This document shows, in pieces, positions 37,146 to 47,504 of a stretch of 64,000 nucleotides of DNA. A model generated the notes under the pieces. It searched no databases. It had not been told where the DNA came from and saw nothing but the letters and a program-made list of their open reading frames with translations. This DNA is from an uncultured Chloroflexia bacterium (GTDB taxonomy: Bacteria > Chloroflexota > Anaerolineae > CG2-30-64-16), in assembly GCA_963774265.1 (NCBI GenBank), contig CAVZDU010000010.1, forward strand, positions 224,001 through 288,000, in the 5' to 3' direction. Each line of letters begins with the position of its first letter. Position 1 is the stretch's first letter. The position numbers and the translations under genes were made by a program.

Positions 37146-39497
37146 TTAACGAGCCCCAGGGGGTGGCTTCGTGCGTTCGGCGCCGCGGTGTTGGCTTAGC
37201 AGCCAGTGCTTCCACAGGCGAGGCTGCAACTGCTCCCACATGCGTGCCAGACCCCCGATGGCTTCTGGCCCGGGCTGCTGGCGACCATACCGCTGAGCCA
37301 CAAACAGGTCCGCGATGGTGTCCACTGCCGGCGCGGCCTCCGGCAATCTCTCATTGAATGCCGCCGCACGTTCGAGTGGTGTCTCACTTGCCCTCCATCG
37401 GACCTGCAATCGTGTCGCCCACAATCCCAGTAAGCCAAATAGCCTTGCCAGCACTTCACTGTCGCGAAAAAGACTCGCCTGGCGCCAGCGGAAATAGCGG
37501 ATTCCACCTATCACGGCTGCTATGATGGTGAATCCAGCCGCGAGCCATCCCCAATTGCCTCGCAACCAGCGTTCGAAGGCGCTGGGCGCCCCTGTTAACC
37601 CCGATGCAATTCCGGACCCCTCGGGTTCAGGCAATGGCGGTTCAGGCTCCGCCGCATTCGTCCCCTGATCCGGCAGGATGCCGCTATCCAGGGGATCCTG
37701 CTCCTCGGTCGCTGGCCGGACTAACAGCGGCTCTGATGCGGTGGGCTCGAACTGAATCCACCCATAGGAGGGAAAATAGACTTCGGGCCAGGCATGGGCG
37801 TTACGTTCCAGGATACGGTACAACTCAGGTCCTTCAGCGACTTCATTTTGTTCTTTGACCTGGCCCGGCGTATAACCGACAACGAACCGTGCGGGCACAC
37901 CAACTGCGCGAAGCATCACGACCATCGCGCTGGCGTAGTAATCACAGTAGCCCGCTCTTGAGTCGAAAAGAAAATAGTCGACGCCATCCTGACCAGCAGG
38001 GGGCGCCGCAATGTCCTGGTTGTACGGGTATGTTCGCAGGAACTTCTCGACCGCGTCGGCCTTGTCATACGGACTGCCAAGGTTGGCAACCGTACTAGTG
38101 GCCAGCTCTCGCACTCGAGCGGGAGTTGATTCGGGCAACTGTAAATACCGCTCGGAGATCCAATCCGGATAGATCGTTGTGTCTGCGCGCAGCTTGACGG
38201 GAGAAGCGTCGCTGACGGCAGAGACGACTTGATAGCCAGTCTCACTGTCCAGGCGGATGCGACTACGCAGCAGGGACACAACGCGCACTGGTTCCCGCCC
38301 GTCGCCATCGGTTGACACTTGCCGGTAGTCTGCAGTTACCGGCACACTAATCCGCTGCGGCTGAGGGGGCGCAAAGATCAACTCCTGGCCCTGCTCAAGC
38401 GGATAGACAGTGCTTGTGATCTCCCTTGTATCTCGGACGACCGGTTCCCCGAGTGGCTCGCTACTATCTATCACGACTATATCAGGCGATGTGTTTTGCC
38501 AGCCGCTGCTCGTGTATTCGTCGTAGACCGCCGCCCGCCAGTAGGAGCGCTCTGGCGTTTCCGCATCGAAAATGGGGCGGTCGGTTAGGTTGACCGGGCC
38601 ACCGAAAGCCATCGACTTGCCGAAAGTGGAGATAGTCGTGGCCGACCGGTTGTAGTTCAGCGACTTATACATGCGGTTCCAGGTGTCCTCGACCTGCTGC
38701 CATGGCCCTTCGAGCGGCCGCAGCAGGCGCTCAACGGTAAGGCTTTGTGTGACATCGGGCACGGCCCAGGCAAGGACAATGACCAAGGCTGTGAACGCTA
38801 GGCCAGATCTCAGAAAGTCCAGGGTGATGTCGGGTGCGTAGCGTACCCGCGTCATCTGCCAACGTGCCTCATTTCGAGCGAGTTCAACCCGGATTGCCAG
38901 GAGCAGCACCGAGGCTCCGTACATGACGAGGTACCCGGTCATGGGTGCGGAAGCGTAGTAGGCGTTGACTACCAGCGCAACGCCTGCAGGAATGACCGCG
39001 TTAAGCAATCGCTGATGGCGAAACAGGCTCCAGATGGCGAGATACCCGATCCACCAGCCGAGAATGCTCAACTGGGTGACAAATATGAGATTGTCGGCGC
39101 CCGATGTGCCCTCCATCAGGGCGCGCATCCAACTGACATTGCGCTGGAAAAGCTCGAATGCGCCTTCGCGCAGTGTCATGCTGCTGAAGATCAGTTGGGT
39201 GAACAGCGTCGCAATCCAGACGATACTGGCTAAGGCGCCGTAAATGACTGGAAAGACCCCATCCCAGCGAGTCAGGGCTAACATGAAACTCAACAACGCA
39301 CCGCCGAGCATGGCCAATCGCACCACTTCGAGGCCCTCGCTCCATTCGGCTGCGTTGAGCCCTTCTGTGACTGCGACCAGCATGAGCACGGCCAGCAATA
39401 ACGTCCACCAGCCCCCACCCCACGCGAGGCGCTCCGCCGGCGTATTGCCGCGGGGCATCTCTAGGGGGACGGCCATCGATTGGATATTCGTGGTCAT
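37146..39497 (-). CDS. membrane transglutaminase-like protein (TgpA-like)
   Basis: N-terminal TM bundle; YWRAAVYDEY, GYCDYYASAM (Cys), NAHAWPEVYFP (His), FEPT. Confidence 0.9.
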   Translation of the reverse strand: MTTNIQSMAVPLEMPRGNTPAERLAWGGGWWTLLLAVLMLVAVTEGLNAAEWSEGLEVVRLAMLGGALLSFMLALTRWDGVFPVIYGALASIVWIATLFTQLIFSSMTLREGAFELFQRNVSWMRALMEGTSGADNLIFVTQLSILGWWIGYLAIWSLFRHQRLLNAVIPAGVALVVNAYYASAPMTGYLVMYGASVLLLAIRVELARNEARWQMTRVRYAPDITLDFLRSGLAFTALVIVLAWAVPDVTQSLTVERLLRPLEGPWQQVEDTWNRMYKSLNYNRSATTISTFGKSMAFGGPVNLTDRPIFDAETPERSYWRAAVYDEYTSSGWQNTSPDIVVIDSSEPLGEPVVRDTREITSTVYPLEQGQELIFAPPQPQRISVPVTADYRQVSTDGDGREPVRVVSLLRSRIRLDSETGYQVVSAVSDASPVKLRADTTIYPDWISERYLQLPESTPARVRELATSTVANLGSPYDKADAVEKFLRTYPYNQDIAAPPAGQDGVDYFLFDSRAGYCDYYASAMVVMLRAVGVPARFVVGYTPGQVKEQNEVAEGPELYRILERNAHAWPEVYFPSYGWIQFEPTASEPLLVRPATEEQDPLDSGILPDQGTNAAEPEPPLPEPEGSGIASGLTGAPSAFERWLRGNWGWLAAGFTIIAAVIGGIRYFRWRQASLFRDSEVLARLFGLLGLWATRLQVRWRASETPLERAAAFNERLPEAAPAVDTIADLFVAQRYGRQQPGPEAIGGLARMWEQLQPRLWKHWLLSQHRGAERTKPPPGAR

Positions 39498-39584
39498 ATC
39501 TTCTTTTCGTCCACCGCTCCTTCCTCAAATGCACATAACTATTCTAACCGTCGCAAAGGCGATTGGTCAAGTCTTTTTGGCGGT

Positions 39585-39613
39585 TTGACGTCATCGTCAG
39601 CGCAGAGTACAAT
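39585..39613 (+). promoter_or_regulatory. promoter of the M42 operon
   Basis: TTGACG-17 nt-TACAAT; a divergent TTGACC-18-TAGAAT for the transglutaminase-like gene lies at 39541-39570. Confidence 0.65.
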
Positions 39614-39667
39614 CGTCGGGCACTCCTGGCCTTACCACAGTCAGCACCATTCCAAAGGATACACCGC

Positions 39668-40759
39668 ATGGATAAAGCGCGGATCAACGAGATTTTGCAG
39701 CAACTCATCGCGGTCGATGGGCCATCCGGCTCCGAGTCGAAAGTAGCGGAACTGGTTGAGTCGCTCGCTCGCGATGTTGTGACCGAGATGCGACGCGATG
39801 CGCTTGGCAACCTGATCGCTCGTCGCCGTGGCGCAGCAGAGCCACCTGGCCGCGTCATGCTCGCAGCCCACATCGACGAAATCGCCCTCGTAGTCACCAA
39901 AGTCGAGCAGGGCTTTCTGCATGTCGCCAGTATTGGGGGCGTCGACGCACGCTCGGTCATCGGCCAGGAAGTGACCGTATACCCGTCGGGGCCGGGTTCT
40001 GATTCGTTCCCTGGAGGATTGCCGGGATATGTGGGCAGCCGGCCGCCGCACCTTCTCTCGGATGAGGAACGCAAGAAAGTTGTTCCGTTGAAGGATCTGC
40101 GCGTCGACATCGGGCTGCCGGCCTCCTTCTTTGGCAAAGGTATCGTGCGTGTAGGCGACCTTATCGTCGTGCGTGGTCCGCGCTGCGAGCTGCTCAACGA
40201 TCGACTGGCGACCAAAGCGCTCGACAACCGTGCAAGCGTGGCAGTGATGCTTGGCGCGCTCGGCTACCTCGCGAACATGCAACACACTTGGGACGTTTAC
40301 GCAGTTGCAACGGTTCAAGAGGAGGTTGGCCTGCGCGGAGCCACCGTCGCCACGTTCGGCGTCGCACCAGACCTGGCCATCGCTCTCGACGTCACGTTCG
40401 GTGATACACCCGGAGTCAATGGCGGGGAGACTTACCCGATGGATCATGGGCCCACGATCGGTTGGGGACCCAATCTGCACCCCGGGATGGTGAAGCAATT
40501 GAAGGCTGTGGCCGATGATCTCGAAATTCCCTACGGCATCGAGCCCATGCCCGGCAGTTCTGGAACCGATGCCTGGGCGATCCAGGTGAGTCAGGCGGGA
40601 GTCCCCACCGGCGTGCTGAGCGTCCCGATTCGATACATGCATTCGCCTGTCGAGATGGTCGGCCTGACCGATCTCGATCGCACTGCACGGCTGTTGGCTG
40701 CATATATTGCCCGGTTGGACACTCGCACCTTGGATGATCTGGCTGCCGAGATGCTTTGA
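39668..40759 (+). CDS. M42 (TET-type) metallopeptidase, copy 1
   Basis: DALGNLIA, AAHIDE, KALDNR, QEEVGLRGA, LDVT, GTDA, YMHS. Confidence 0.92.
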   Translation: MDKARINEILQQLIAVDGPSGSESKVAELVESLARDVVTEMRRDALGNLIARRRGAAEPPGRVMLAAHIDEIALVVTKVEQGFLHVASIGGVDARSVIGQEVTVYPSGPGSDSFPGGLPGYVGSRPPHLLSDEERKKVVPLKDLRVDIGLPASFFGKGIVRVGDLIVVRGPRCELLNDRLATKALDNRASVAVMLGALGYLANMQHTWDVYAVATVQEEVGLRGATVATFGVAPDLAIALDVTFGDTPGVNGGETYPMDHGPTIGWGPNLHPGMVKQLKAVADDLEIPYGIEPMPGSSGTDAWAIQVSQAGVPTGVLSVPIRYMHSPVEMVGLTDLDRTARLLAAYIARLDTRTLDDLAAEML

Positions 40760-40783
40760 TGCGAGAGCTGAGGAGCGCATATC

Positions 40784-41851
40784 GTGACTGAGTTGAGAGA
40801 ATTATTGTGCCGTCTTTCCGAGGCATTCGGGCCGTCAGGCCATGAGAAGGCCGTGCGCACGCTGGTCCGTGGGGAGATTCAAGGGTCGGTGGACCGTCTT
40901 GACGTCGATGCGATGGGCAACTTGATCGCCTTTAAGGTTGGTGTGGGTCCCGAACCGCGCCTCAAAGTGATGTTGAGCGCCCATATGGACGAGGTGGGCT
41001 TCATGATCACGGCGATCAACAAGAATGGGATGTTATCCTTCAAGCCCGTTGGCGGAATTGATGCTCGGCTGCTGCTGGGCAAGCGACTCGTCATTGGGGA
41101 AAACCAACTGGCGGGCATCCTTGGGGCGCCTGTGCCGCACCTTCAGAAGGGCGAGGCGGCGAACCGGGTCGTTGATCTGGACGACATGACCATCGATATC
41201 GGCGCGACAGACGAGAAGGGTGCCAACGGAAAGGTCAAGGTCGGCGACTACGCGACATTTGCGACGAGGTTCTTGGTGCTTAGCGAGGAAGCAGGGTGGC
41301 CCACCGTGCGCGGCAAGGCCTTCGATGATCGGTCCGGCTGTGCCGCCTTAGTCACCTTGCTGAAGCGCGAGCGGTTTTCTGTCGATCTGTTCGGCGTCTT
41401 CACTGTGCAGGAGGAAGTTGGACTGCGGGGAGCGCGCGTAGCCGCTCACCGTGTCAATCCTGATGCCGCGTTTGCGCTGGAGGGGACTAGTTGCGACGAT
41501 CTCCCGCGTCCGCCTGATGAGGATAGCACCCCGGTTACTCGCCTGGGCGCCGGACCTGCGATCACCCTGATGGACCGCAGTGTGGTCGCCCACCCGGGAT
41601 TGGTGGCGCTATTGCAGGAAACCGCTGCGGACGAAAGCATCTCCATTCAGTACAAGGCCCCCGGCCTTGGCAGCACGGAGAGCGGGGCCATCCATCTGGC
41701 GCGTTCAGGTGTGCCGGCTACTACGGTATCTGTTCCGTGTCGCTACATTCACGGCCCGGCAGCCATCTTGAACCTTAACGACCTGGACGCAACCGTGCGA
41801 CTCATGGACGCCACGCTGCGCCGAATGACTGCGCAGCATCTGGAGCGATAA
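40784..41851 (+). CDS. M42 metallopeptidase, copy 2
   Basis: SAHMDEVG, KAFDDR, QEEVGLRGA, LEGT, RYIHG. Confidence 0.92.
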   Translation: MTELRELLCRLSEAFGPSGHEKAVRTLVRGEIQGSVDRLDVDAMGNLIAFKVGVGPEPRLKVMLSAHMDEVGFMITAINKNGMLSFKPVGGIDARLLLGKRLVIGENQLAGILGAPVPHLQKGEAANRVVDLDDMTIDIGATDEKGANGKVKVGDYATFATRFLVLSEEAGWPTVRGKAFDDRSGCAALVTLLKRERFSVDLFGVFTVQEEVGLRGARVAAHRVNPDAAFALEGTSCDDLPRPPDEDSTPVTRLGAGPAITLMDRSVVAHPGLVALLQETAADESISIQYKAPGLGSTESGAIHLARSGVPATTVSVPCRYIHGPAAILNLNDLDATVRLMDATLRRMTAQHLER

Positions 41852-41873
41852 GGTCTCCGAAGGAGCACCATCA

Positions 41874-42878
41874 ATGCAACAAACGGCAAAGCGGCTCGCC
41901 GAGGCTTTCGGCGTATCGGGTTTCGAGGATGAGATTCGCAGTGTAATCCGCGAGGAAATTGACGGTCTGGCTGATGAGTTGCGCGTCGATGCGTTGGGCA
42001 ATCTCATCGCCATCAGAAAAGGGCTGGGGGGTGGCAAGCGCATCATGCTCGCCGCACACATGGATCAGATCGGCCTCATGGTTACCCACATCGATGAGAA
42101 GGGCTTCATGCGTTTCACGAACGTGGGGTTCGTTTACGCCTTAGCCTCATGGGGCGGCCAGGTTCGTTTCGCTGATGGCACGATTGGCGCTGTCGGCGTG
42201 GACGGGCGCGCAGATCCGCGGCATGCCTTGCCTGAATTGCGCGATTACTTCATCGACGTTGGCGCGGGCAGCAAGGCGGAGGTCAAACAGAAGGTCGGTT
42301 CAGTTGCGGCATTCTGGCCTGGTTTTGTGGCGCAAGGCAACACATGGTTTTCGCCGAACCTGGACGACCGCGTGGGCTGTGTCGCCCTCGTGCAGACGCT
42401 GCGGGAGTTGAAGGACGCGCCGATCGATCATGATCTGTACGCAGTCTTCACCACCCAGGAGGAAGTTGGGTTGCGAGGCGCCACAGCCGCAGCCTACGCG
42501 CTGGAGCCGGATTTGGCGATCGCTCTTGACGTAACGCTTACCGGTGACATCCCCTATGCGTCACCGGCCATGGAAGTAGGCCTGGGCAAGGGTGTAGCGA
42601 TCAAGATTCAAGATTCGGGTATGATCGGTCACCCAGGCCTGAACTCGAAAATGATCGAAGTGGCGGAAGCCGAGGGCATCCCTTACCAATTGGAGGTGTT
42701 GCAGGGCGGAACGACCGATGCGCGGGTGGTTCAGGTCTCACGCGCGGGAGTGCCGGCGACAGCGCTCTCAGTGCCCAGCCGCCACGTCCACACCCCATCA
42801 CAGATCGTCGATCGGCGTGATGTGGAGGCTACGGTGCGGCTGTTGGCCGCGTTCCTGCGACGGCCCATCAGTCTCTGA
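41874..42878 (+). CDS. M42 metallopeptidase, copy 3
   Basis: AAHMDQIG, LDDRVG, QEEVGLRGA, LDVT, GTTDA, HVHTP. Confidence 0.92.
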   Translation: MQQTAKRLAEAFGVSGFEDEIRSVIREEIDGLADELRVDALGNLIAIRKGLGGGKRIMLAAHMDQIGLMVTHIDEKGFMRFTNVGFVYALASWGGQVRFADGTIGAVGVDGRADPRHALPELRDYFIDVGAGSKAEVKQKVGSVAAFWPGFVAQGNTWFSPNLDDRVGCVALVQTLRELKDAPIDHDLYAVFTTQEEVGLRGATAAAYALEPDLAIALDVTLTGDIPYASPAMEVGLGKGVAIKIQDSGMIGHPGLNSKMIEVAEAEGIPYQLEVLQGGTTDARVVQVSRAGVPATALSVPSRHVHTPSQIVDRRDVEATVRLLAAFLRRPISL

Positions 42879-42896
42879 CCGGCCTTTCGAGGGTAG

Positions 42897-45024
42897 CTAC
42901 GGCGCGGCAGTGTCGGCCGCGCCTGCCTTGAGAGGCGCTTCCGGCGCCTTCGAAGCGAACCACGAGGCGACGAACGCAATGAAGGCAACCAACAGCACTG
43001 CTGCAGCCAGGAGGCCCAGGCGATCGTAGCGCCATGCAAGGACGCCCGCCTCCAATTGGCGGACCTCACCTGCCCGCACTATCCACCGTCGCTGTATAGT
43101 GTCCTCGCGGTAGAGACGGTGCACACGCTCGAGCAGCCAGCCCGGTCCTGTGCCACGACCGTATACCTCGGTGGTGTAGGTCGCACGGCTTCGGCCCCCA
43201 ATGTCACGCCAGGCGCGCGCATCATTGCGCCAGATCGCGGCACGCAGCAGTTCCAATGGTTGTCCTTTTTAATTCTGCCTCATTGGCGGCCTGCTCCAGC
43301 TTGGCGGCCTCCGTCTCCCACGCAATCAGGCTCTTGCTCAGATCCACGCTCTCTTGATAGCCGTCGGTTCGTGTGAGTATGTCCTCGTTCATGGGCCACG
43401 CGAGATGGCGTGTGGAGAGGACTGAGGAAATCAGCGCCAGCTCCGGCAAGTCGGGCAAGACGGCGTCGAGCCGGTCTTGCCAGGTCAGCAAAACGGCGGG
43501 ATCGCTATAGGTCAACGTGACTGTAAGGACCGTCCCACTGGCTATGACGTCGGAGAAGCCTCGCAATGCTGTCACAGCCTCGGAAACCACCTCGGATGCA
43601 GCGGAGCCCTGTGTGTTATCGATTAGCTGCAAACTGAGTGTGCGCTGTCCGGGGGCATTGCTGACGTCAAGGAGGGACTGGGAAATGTGGGGTGGTCTGG
43701 CATCGGGCAGGACCAGGACATCTGCGCCAAACGCGCCGGTCAAGATCCGGCGCACGTTGGGAAAGTCGCCACCTTCTACTGCTCGGTATGCAAGCAAGAG
43801 AACTTCGGCTCGCGCACACGCGTCTGCGTCTTGCGCGACGCGGACAGCGTTCAACTCTCGGAGCGCCGCGCTGTGAGTGCCTGCATTTGCCTCGCCTCCG
43901 CGTCCTCCCGCGGCTTCAGCCAACCTTTGCTGCAAGGACTTCGCTGATGCGCGCAGTTCGGCGTCCTCTGGGTTCAGCGTCACGGCTTCCGTTAGCTCAC
44001 TTACGGCCAACTGCAGATACGCTTGGCCAGCAGATCCGCCCTCACGACTGCCTTCGCTGAGATACAATCCCGCAAGTCGTTCGCGTGCCGCCGCCAACTC
44101 GGCAGGGCTAGTATCAACCTTGGCTGACATGATCCCCGCGCGCCACTCGGCAATGGCCGGCGAAGCGAATCGTTCGTAGAAGCTGGCGCGCGGCGCAAAC
44201 ACGGGGGGAGCGAGTGTAGCCACATGCCAATATCGCTCGCCCAGCGCCACGTGTTCGTTGAGTCCTGCTTCGGGCGCAGCAGCCGCGGCCCGGTCCCCCT
44301 GCAGTTCCTGCCACCACGGGGATGACATGAACGCGAGCCCGACGTTGGATGGGGCTTTCACTCCCCCCCATTCCCATGTGAAGGTTCCGGGCCTTGGTGA
44401 ATGTGGGGTCGGTGCGAGATGCAACACCTGCTCCGGCGGAAGTGGACGAGCGAAGGTTACCGAAACGCGGAGCGATTCCGGGGCGCCGGCCCAGACATGT
44501 CCTGCGACGAGCAGATATGCATAGCTGACGAGGCCGTCCTGGATCGTTAGGGCTTGGCGATATCGGATGCGAATATCGACACTTCCGCGCACCGGAACGG
44601 TGACGGTTGCTGTTGCCTGGATCTCGGGACCGTTTGGGTTAGCGACGCGTATCAGCGCGAGTGGGCGTCCGCCAAGGGCCGCCTCGGCAATCTCCGGCAT
44701 TTCGGTGTTGCTAACCTGCGGGCCCGGGATGCCGATAGGCATGACCACTTCGGTGGCGCCCCGGTTATAAAGCTGCACTCTGAGATCTGTGTCGGCCCAG
44801 GCGCCAGTCGCGTCTTCCTTGATCACCAGGTCGACGGTCTGGCTGCGCAACTGAATGCCCCGCGCCCCGCCGTTTCCGGGAACCACGCTGATCGATCCTG
44901 TTCCTGTTGAATCGGCATGTACCGACGTCGAGCCGTAGGCCAGCACACCCAGCACAATGACCAACAAGATGACTTGCTTTAAGTAGGTGATTCTGGTATC
45001 CTCCAGCCTGAACCGTCTCCACAA
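42897..45024 (-). CDS. exported protein with N-terminal DUF4424-like beta domain and C-terminal TM anchor (frameshifted near 43260; start uncertain)
   Basis: Signal peptide ending VHAD; LRSQTVDL...YLLVAGHVWAG...FTWEW; continues into ORF 42897-43256, which ends in a TM helix. Confidence 0.6.
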
Positions 45025-45042
45025 CGCGCGAAGGTGGTCCCC

Positions 45043-45342
45043 ATGGTCAAACTACTGATGAACTGGGACATTAAGTCAGGCCACGAACAGTCTTATTTCG
45101 AGTTCGTCATGCAGGAGTTCGCCCCAGGTTTGATGCGTCTGGGCCTGCAGCCAACGGAAGCCTGGTACACCGTGTACGGCCATGGACCACAAATCCTGAC
45201 GGGCGCCGTGGCCAATGATATCGAAACGATGCGCCATATTCTTGACAGCGAAGAGTGGCGCGTTCTTAGGGACCGTCTGCTGGAACACGTCCATAATTTC
45301 AGTCAGAAGGTCATTCAAGCCAGTGGACGTTTTCAGCTCTAG
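45043..45342 (+). CDS. small hypothetical protein (possibly dimeric alpha/beta-barrel)
   Basis: 99 aa, MVKLLMNWDIKSGHEQSYFEFV...EAWYTVYG; AAGGTGG RBS. Confidence 0.7.
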   Translation: MVKLLMNWDIKSGHEQSYFEFVMQEFAPGLMRLGLQPTEAWYTVYGHGPQILTGAVANDIETMRHILDSEEWRVLRDRLLEHVHNFSQKVIQASGRFQL

Positions 45343-46109
45343 ATTTGTTCCTCCGCGCTTGCAAGAAGATTGGGTCCCAGGTGGTCCAGTAATCGGAAAA
45401 CCTCCGTTTCTTTCCGCACATTTTGTGTCAAGAGGAATAGATCTGCTTCATTCGTGTAGCCCCAGTCGTGCAAGACACCGGTCATGTCGCCGGTCTTGTG
45501 GTAGAAGTCCACACTGTCGCGCCTCACGTTACGCAGCCAAAGCCCTGGATCCGTGTTCGCCAGCAGCATCTGGTCTGTCCACGCGCGCTCATCTGAGGGT
45601 AGCTGGTCTCGAATTTCGTATAGCCGTATGCAGTCTTCGGCTGAGATCCAATTCTCCAGCCCGCGCGCTCGTGCCTCGTAGTCCATTAGTCGTCGCTCGA
45701 CGCGCGTATGGCGCAATCCCAGCCTCCGAAACGCGTCGTTCAGCCTCGGCATCCCCAGGCGGCGGATGACCAGATTCGTGCATAGATTATCTGACACGGC
45801 GATCATCATCAGAAGGACGTCATGATAGGGCAGTGAGCGTCGGTGAAAGAGTCGGGCGAAGCCGGCGCCCTCCACCTGGTCCTCAGCATTGAGATCGCAG
45901 GTCTCACTTCGACTAACGCCCCCTGCTCGCTCCAGGTACGCCCATGCGTAGAGGATGGGGACTTTGATGATTGACGCCGACAAGAATTGGTCACGGTTTT
46001 TGCGCAGAATGCCTGGTCCGCCGCGCGGCCGGTAGTAGAGCGCGTACTCGCAACTGAGTCCCCTGAGGGCTTCATCAATGAGTTGTTGAACTTGTTGTAT
46101 CTCGGACAC
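45339..46109 (-). CDS. class A beta-lactamase-related serine hydrolase
   Basis: SASIIK (SxxK), VSDN, HKTG; no signal peptide. Confidence 0.85.
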   Translation of the reverse strand: MSEIQQVQQLIDEALRGLSCEYALYYRPRGGPGILRKNRDQFLSASIIKVPILYAWAYLERAGGVSRSETCDLNAEDQVEGAGFARLFHRRSLPYHDVLLMMIAVSDNLCTNLVIRRLGMPRLNDAFRRLGLRHTRVERRLMDYEARARGLENWISAEDCIRLYEIRDQLPSDERAWTDQMLLANTDPGLWLRNVRRDSVDFYHKTGDMTGVLHDWGYTNEADLFLLTQNVRKETEVFRLLDHLGPNLLASAEEQI

Positions 46110-46189
46110 GGTGGCTCACATCCGAACATTCTAGCATACAGTGCTGATATCTCGATGCTATAATGTTCCCTGCAACGGAATTGCCTGAG

Positions 46190-47500
46190 ATGCGATCTTC
46201 TACCGTCGTAAGTCGCCGTCTCCGGCCCACTAGTTTCCTGCCTTTCATTGCCTGGGGCGTGCTCCTGCTTCTGCAGTTGGTGTCGCCCGACAAGGCATGG
46301 AGTTGGCTACTCGTGGGCCTGGGGCTTCTGATCGTCATAGCCTATTTATGGGCTCGGATGCTGCGCGAGCAGGTGACGGCAGAACGCCGCACCCACGGCG
46401 CGTGGGTGGTTGCTGGTGACCACCTGCGTGAGCAGTTCACCCTGACAAATCATGGAAAGCTGCCGGTGCTATGGGCTCGCATCAGGGACCAGTCTGAGGT
46501 GCCCGGCTACCGGGTCGATCGAGTGGAGACTGTCGAGAGCGAGGGACAACGTACATGGACAACAACCGGCGTGTGTCAACGCCGCGGTGTTTTCCAGCTC
46601 GGTCCCTGGGTCGTGGAGATGACCGACCCGTTGGGCTTCTTTCTGGTGACGCATCACTACCCGGAGAGCGCGACGATCATGGTCTACCCTCGCGCCTCTC
46701 GCCTGCCTGATCTCGATCTGCCGCGTGGGCGCGCACCGGGCCGCGCCGTTTCATCGCAGCGTGCAAACGAAGAGACGATCCTGGTGGGTGGTCTGCGCGC
46801 GTATGCCCCAGGCGACCCATTACGTCGCATCCACTGGAAGGCCACGGCGCGTCACGACCTCTTGATGGTGCATGACTTCGATCGCGAGCCGTCGGGCGAT
46901 GTTTGGTTGATCGTGGATATGGATGCGCGCGTGCAGGCTGGGCGAGAGGCTGAGGCAACCCAAGAATATTCTGTCATCCTGGCGGCATCCTTGGCGGCAC
47001 GGTTTCTGCGCCAGGGTGAGCGGCGCGCTGTGGGCTTGTTGATATCGGGTCGGCATCCCGTGATGTTACCCCCGGGACGCGGCCAGGAGCAGTTGTGGCG
47101 CATTCTTGAGGCGCTTGCCCTGGCCGAGCCTGCGCCGGACCTCCGGCTGGAGGGCCTGTTACGGCAGTCAGGGCCAAGCTTCGGCAGTGGCAGAACGCTG
47201 GTAATCATCACACCGTCGCAAGATGGCGATTGGGTCGCGCCTTTGTTGCCCCTCACCGCTCGCGGCAACGCGCCGACCGCCGTGTTGCTCGACGCAACGA
47301 CATTCGATCCACCTGTGGGCAGTCACCAGGCCCTACTGGGCCTGCGCAGCCTGCTGGCGCAGCAGCGGATTCGCAGCACGGCCCTGGAGCAGGGTTTCCC
47401 ATTCCAGCCCATCGATAAGATTCGCCGTCGACGGACCGAAGCGCGTGCGCTGTCAGGCTTTGGTCGCGTGATCCAGGTCGAGGTTGAGGAGGAGGTCTGA
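46190..47500 (+). CDS. DUF58 (vWA-like) protein
   Basis: RRGVFQLGP...DPLG, VYPR, LRAYAPGDPLRRIHWKATAR. Confidence 0.9.
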   Translation: MRSSTVVSRRLRPTSFLPFIAWGVLLLLQLVSPDKAWSWLLVGLGLLIVIAYLWARMLREQVTAERRTHGAWVVAGDHLREQFTLTNHGKLPVLWARIRDQSEVPGYRVDRVETVESEGQRTWTTTGVCQRRGVFQLGPWVVEMTDPLGFFLVTHHYPESATIMVYPRASRLPDLDLPRGRAPGRAVSSQRANEETILVGGLRAYAPGDPLRRIHWKATARHDLLMVHDFDREPSGDVWLIVDMDARVQAGREAEATQEYSVILAASLAARFLRQGERRAVGLLISGRHPVMLPPGRGQEQLWRILEALALAEPAPDLRLEGLLRQSGPSFGSGRTLVIITPSQDGDWVAPLLPLTARGNAPTAVLLDATTFDPPVGSHQALLGLRSLLAQQRIRSTALEQGFPFQPIDKIRRRRTEARALSGFGRVIQVEVEEEV

Positions 47501-47504
47501 CGCC

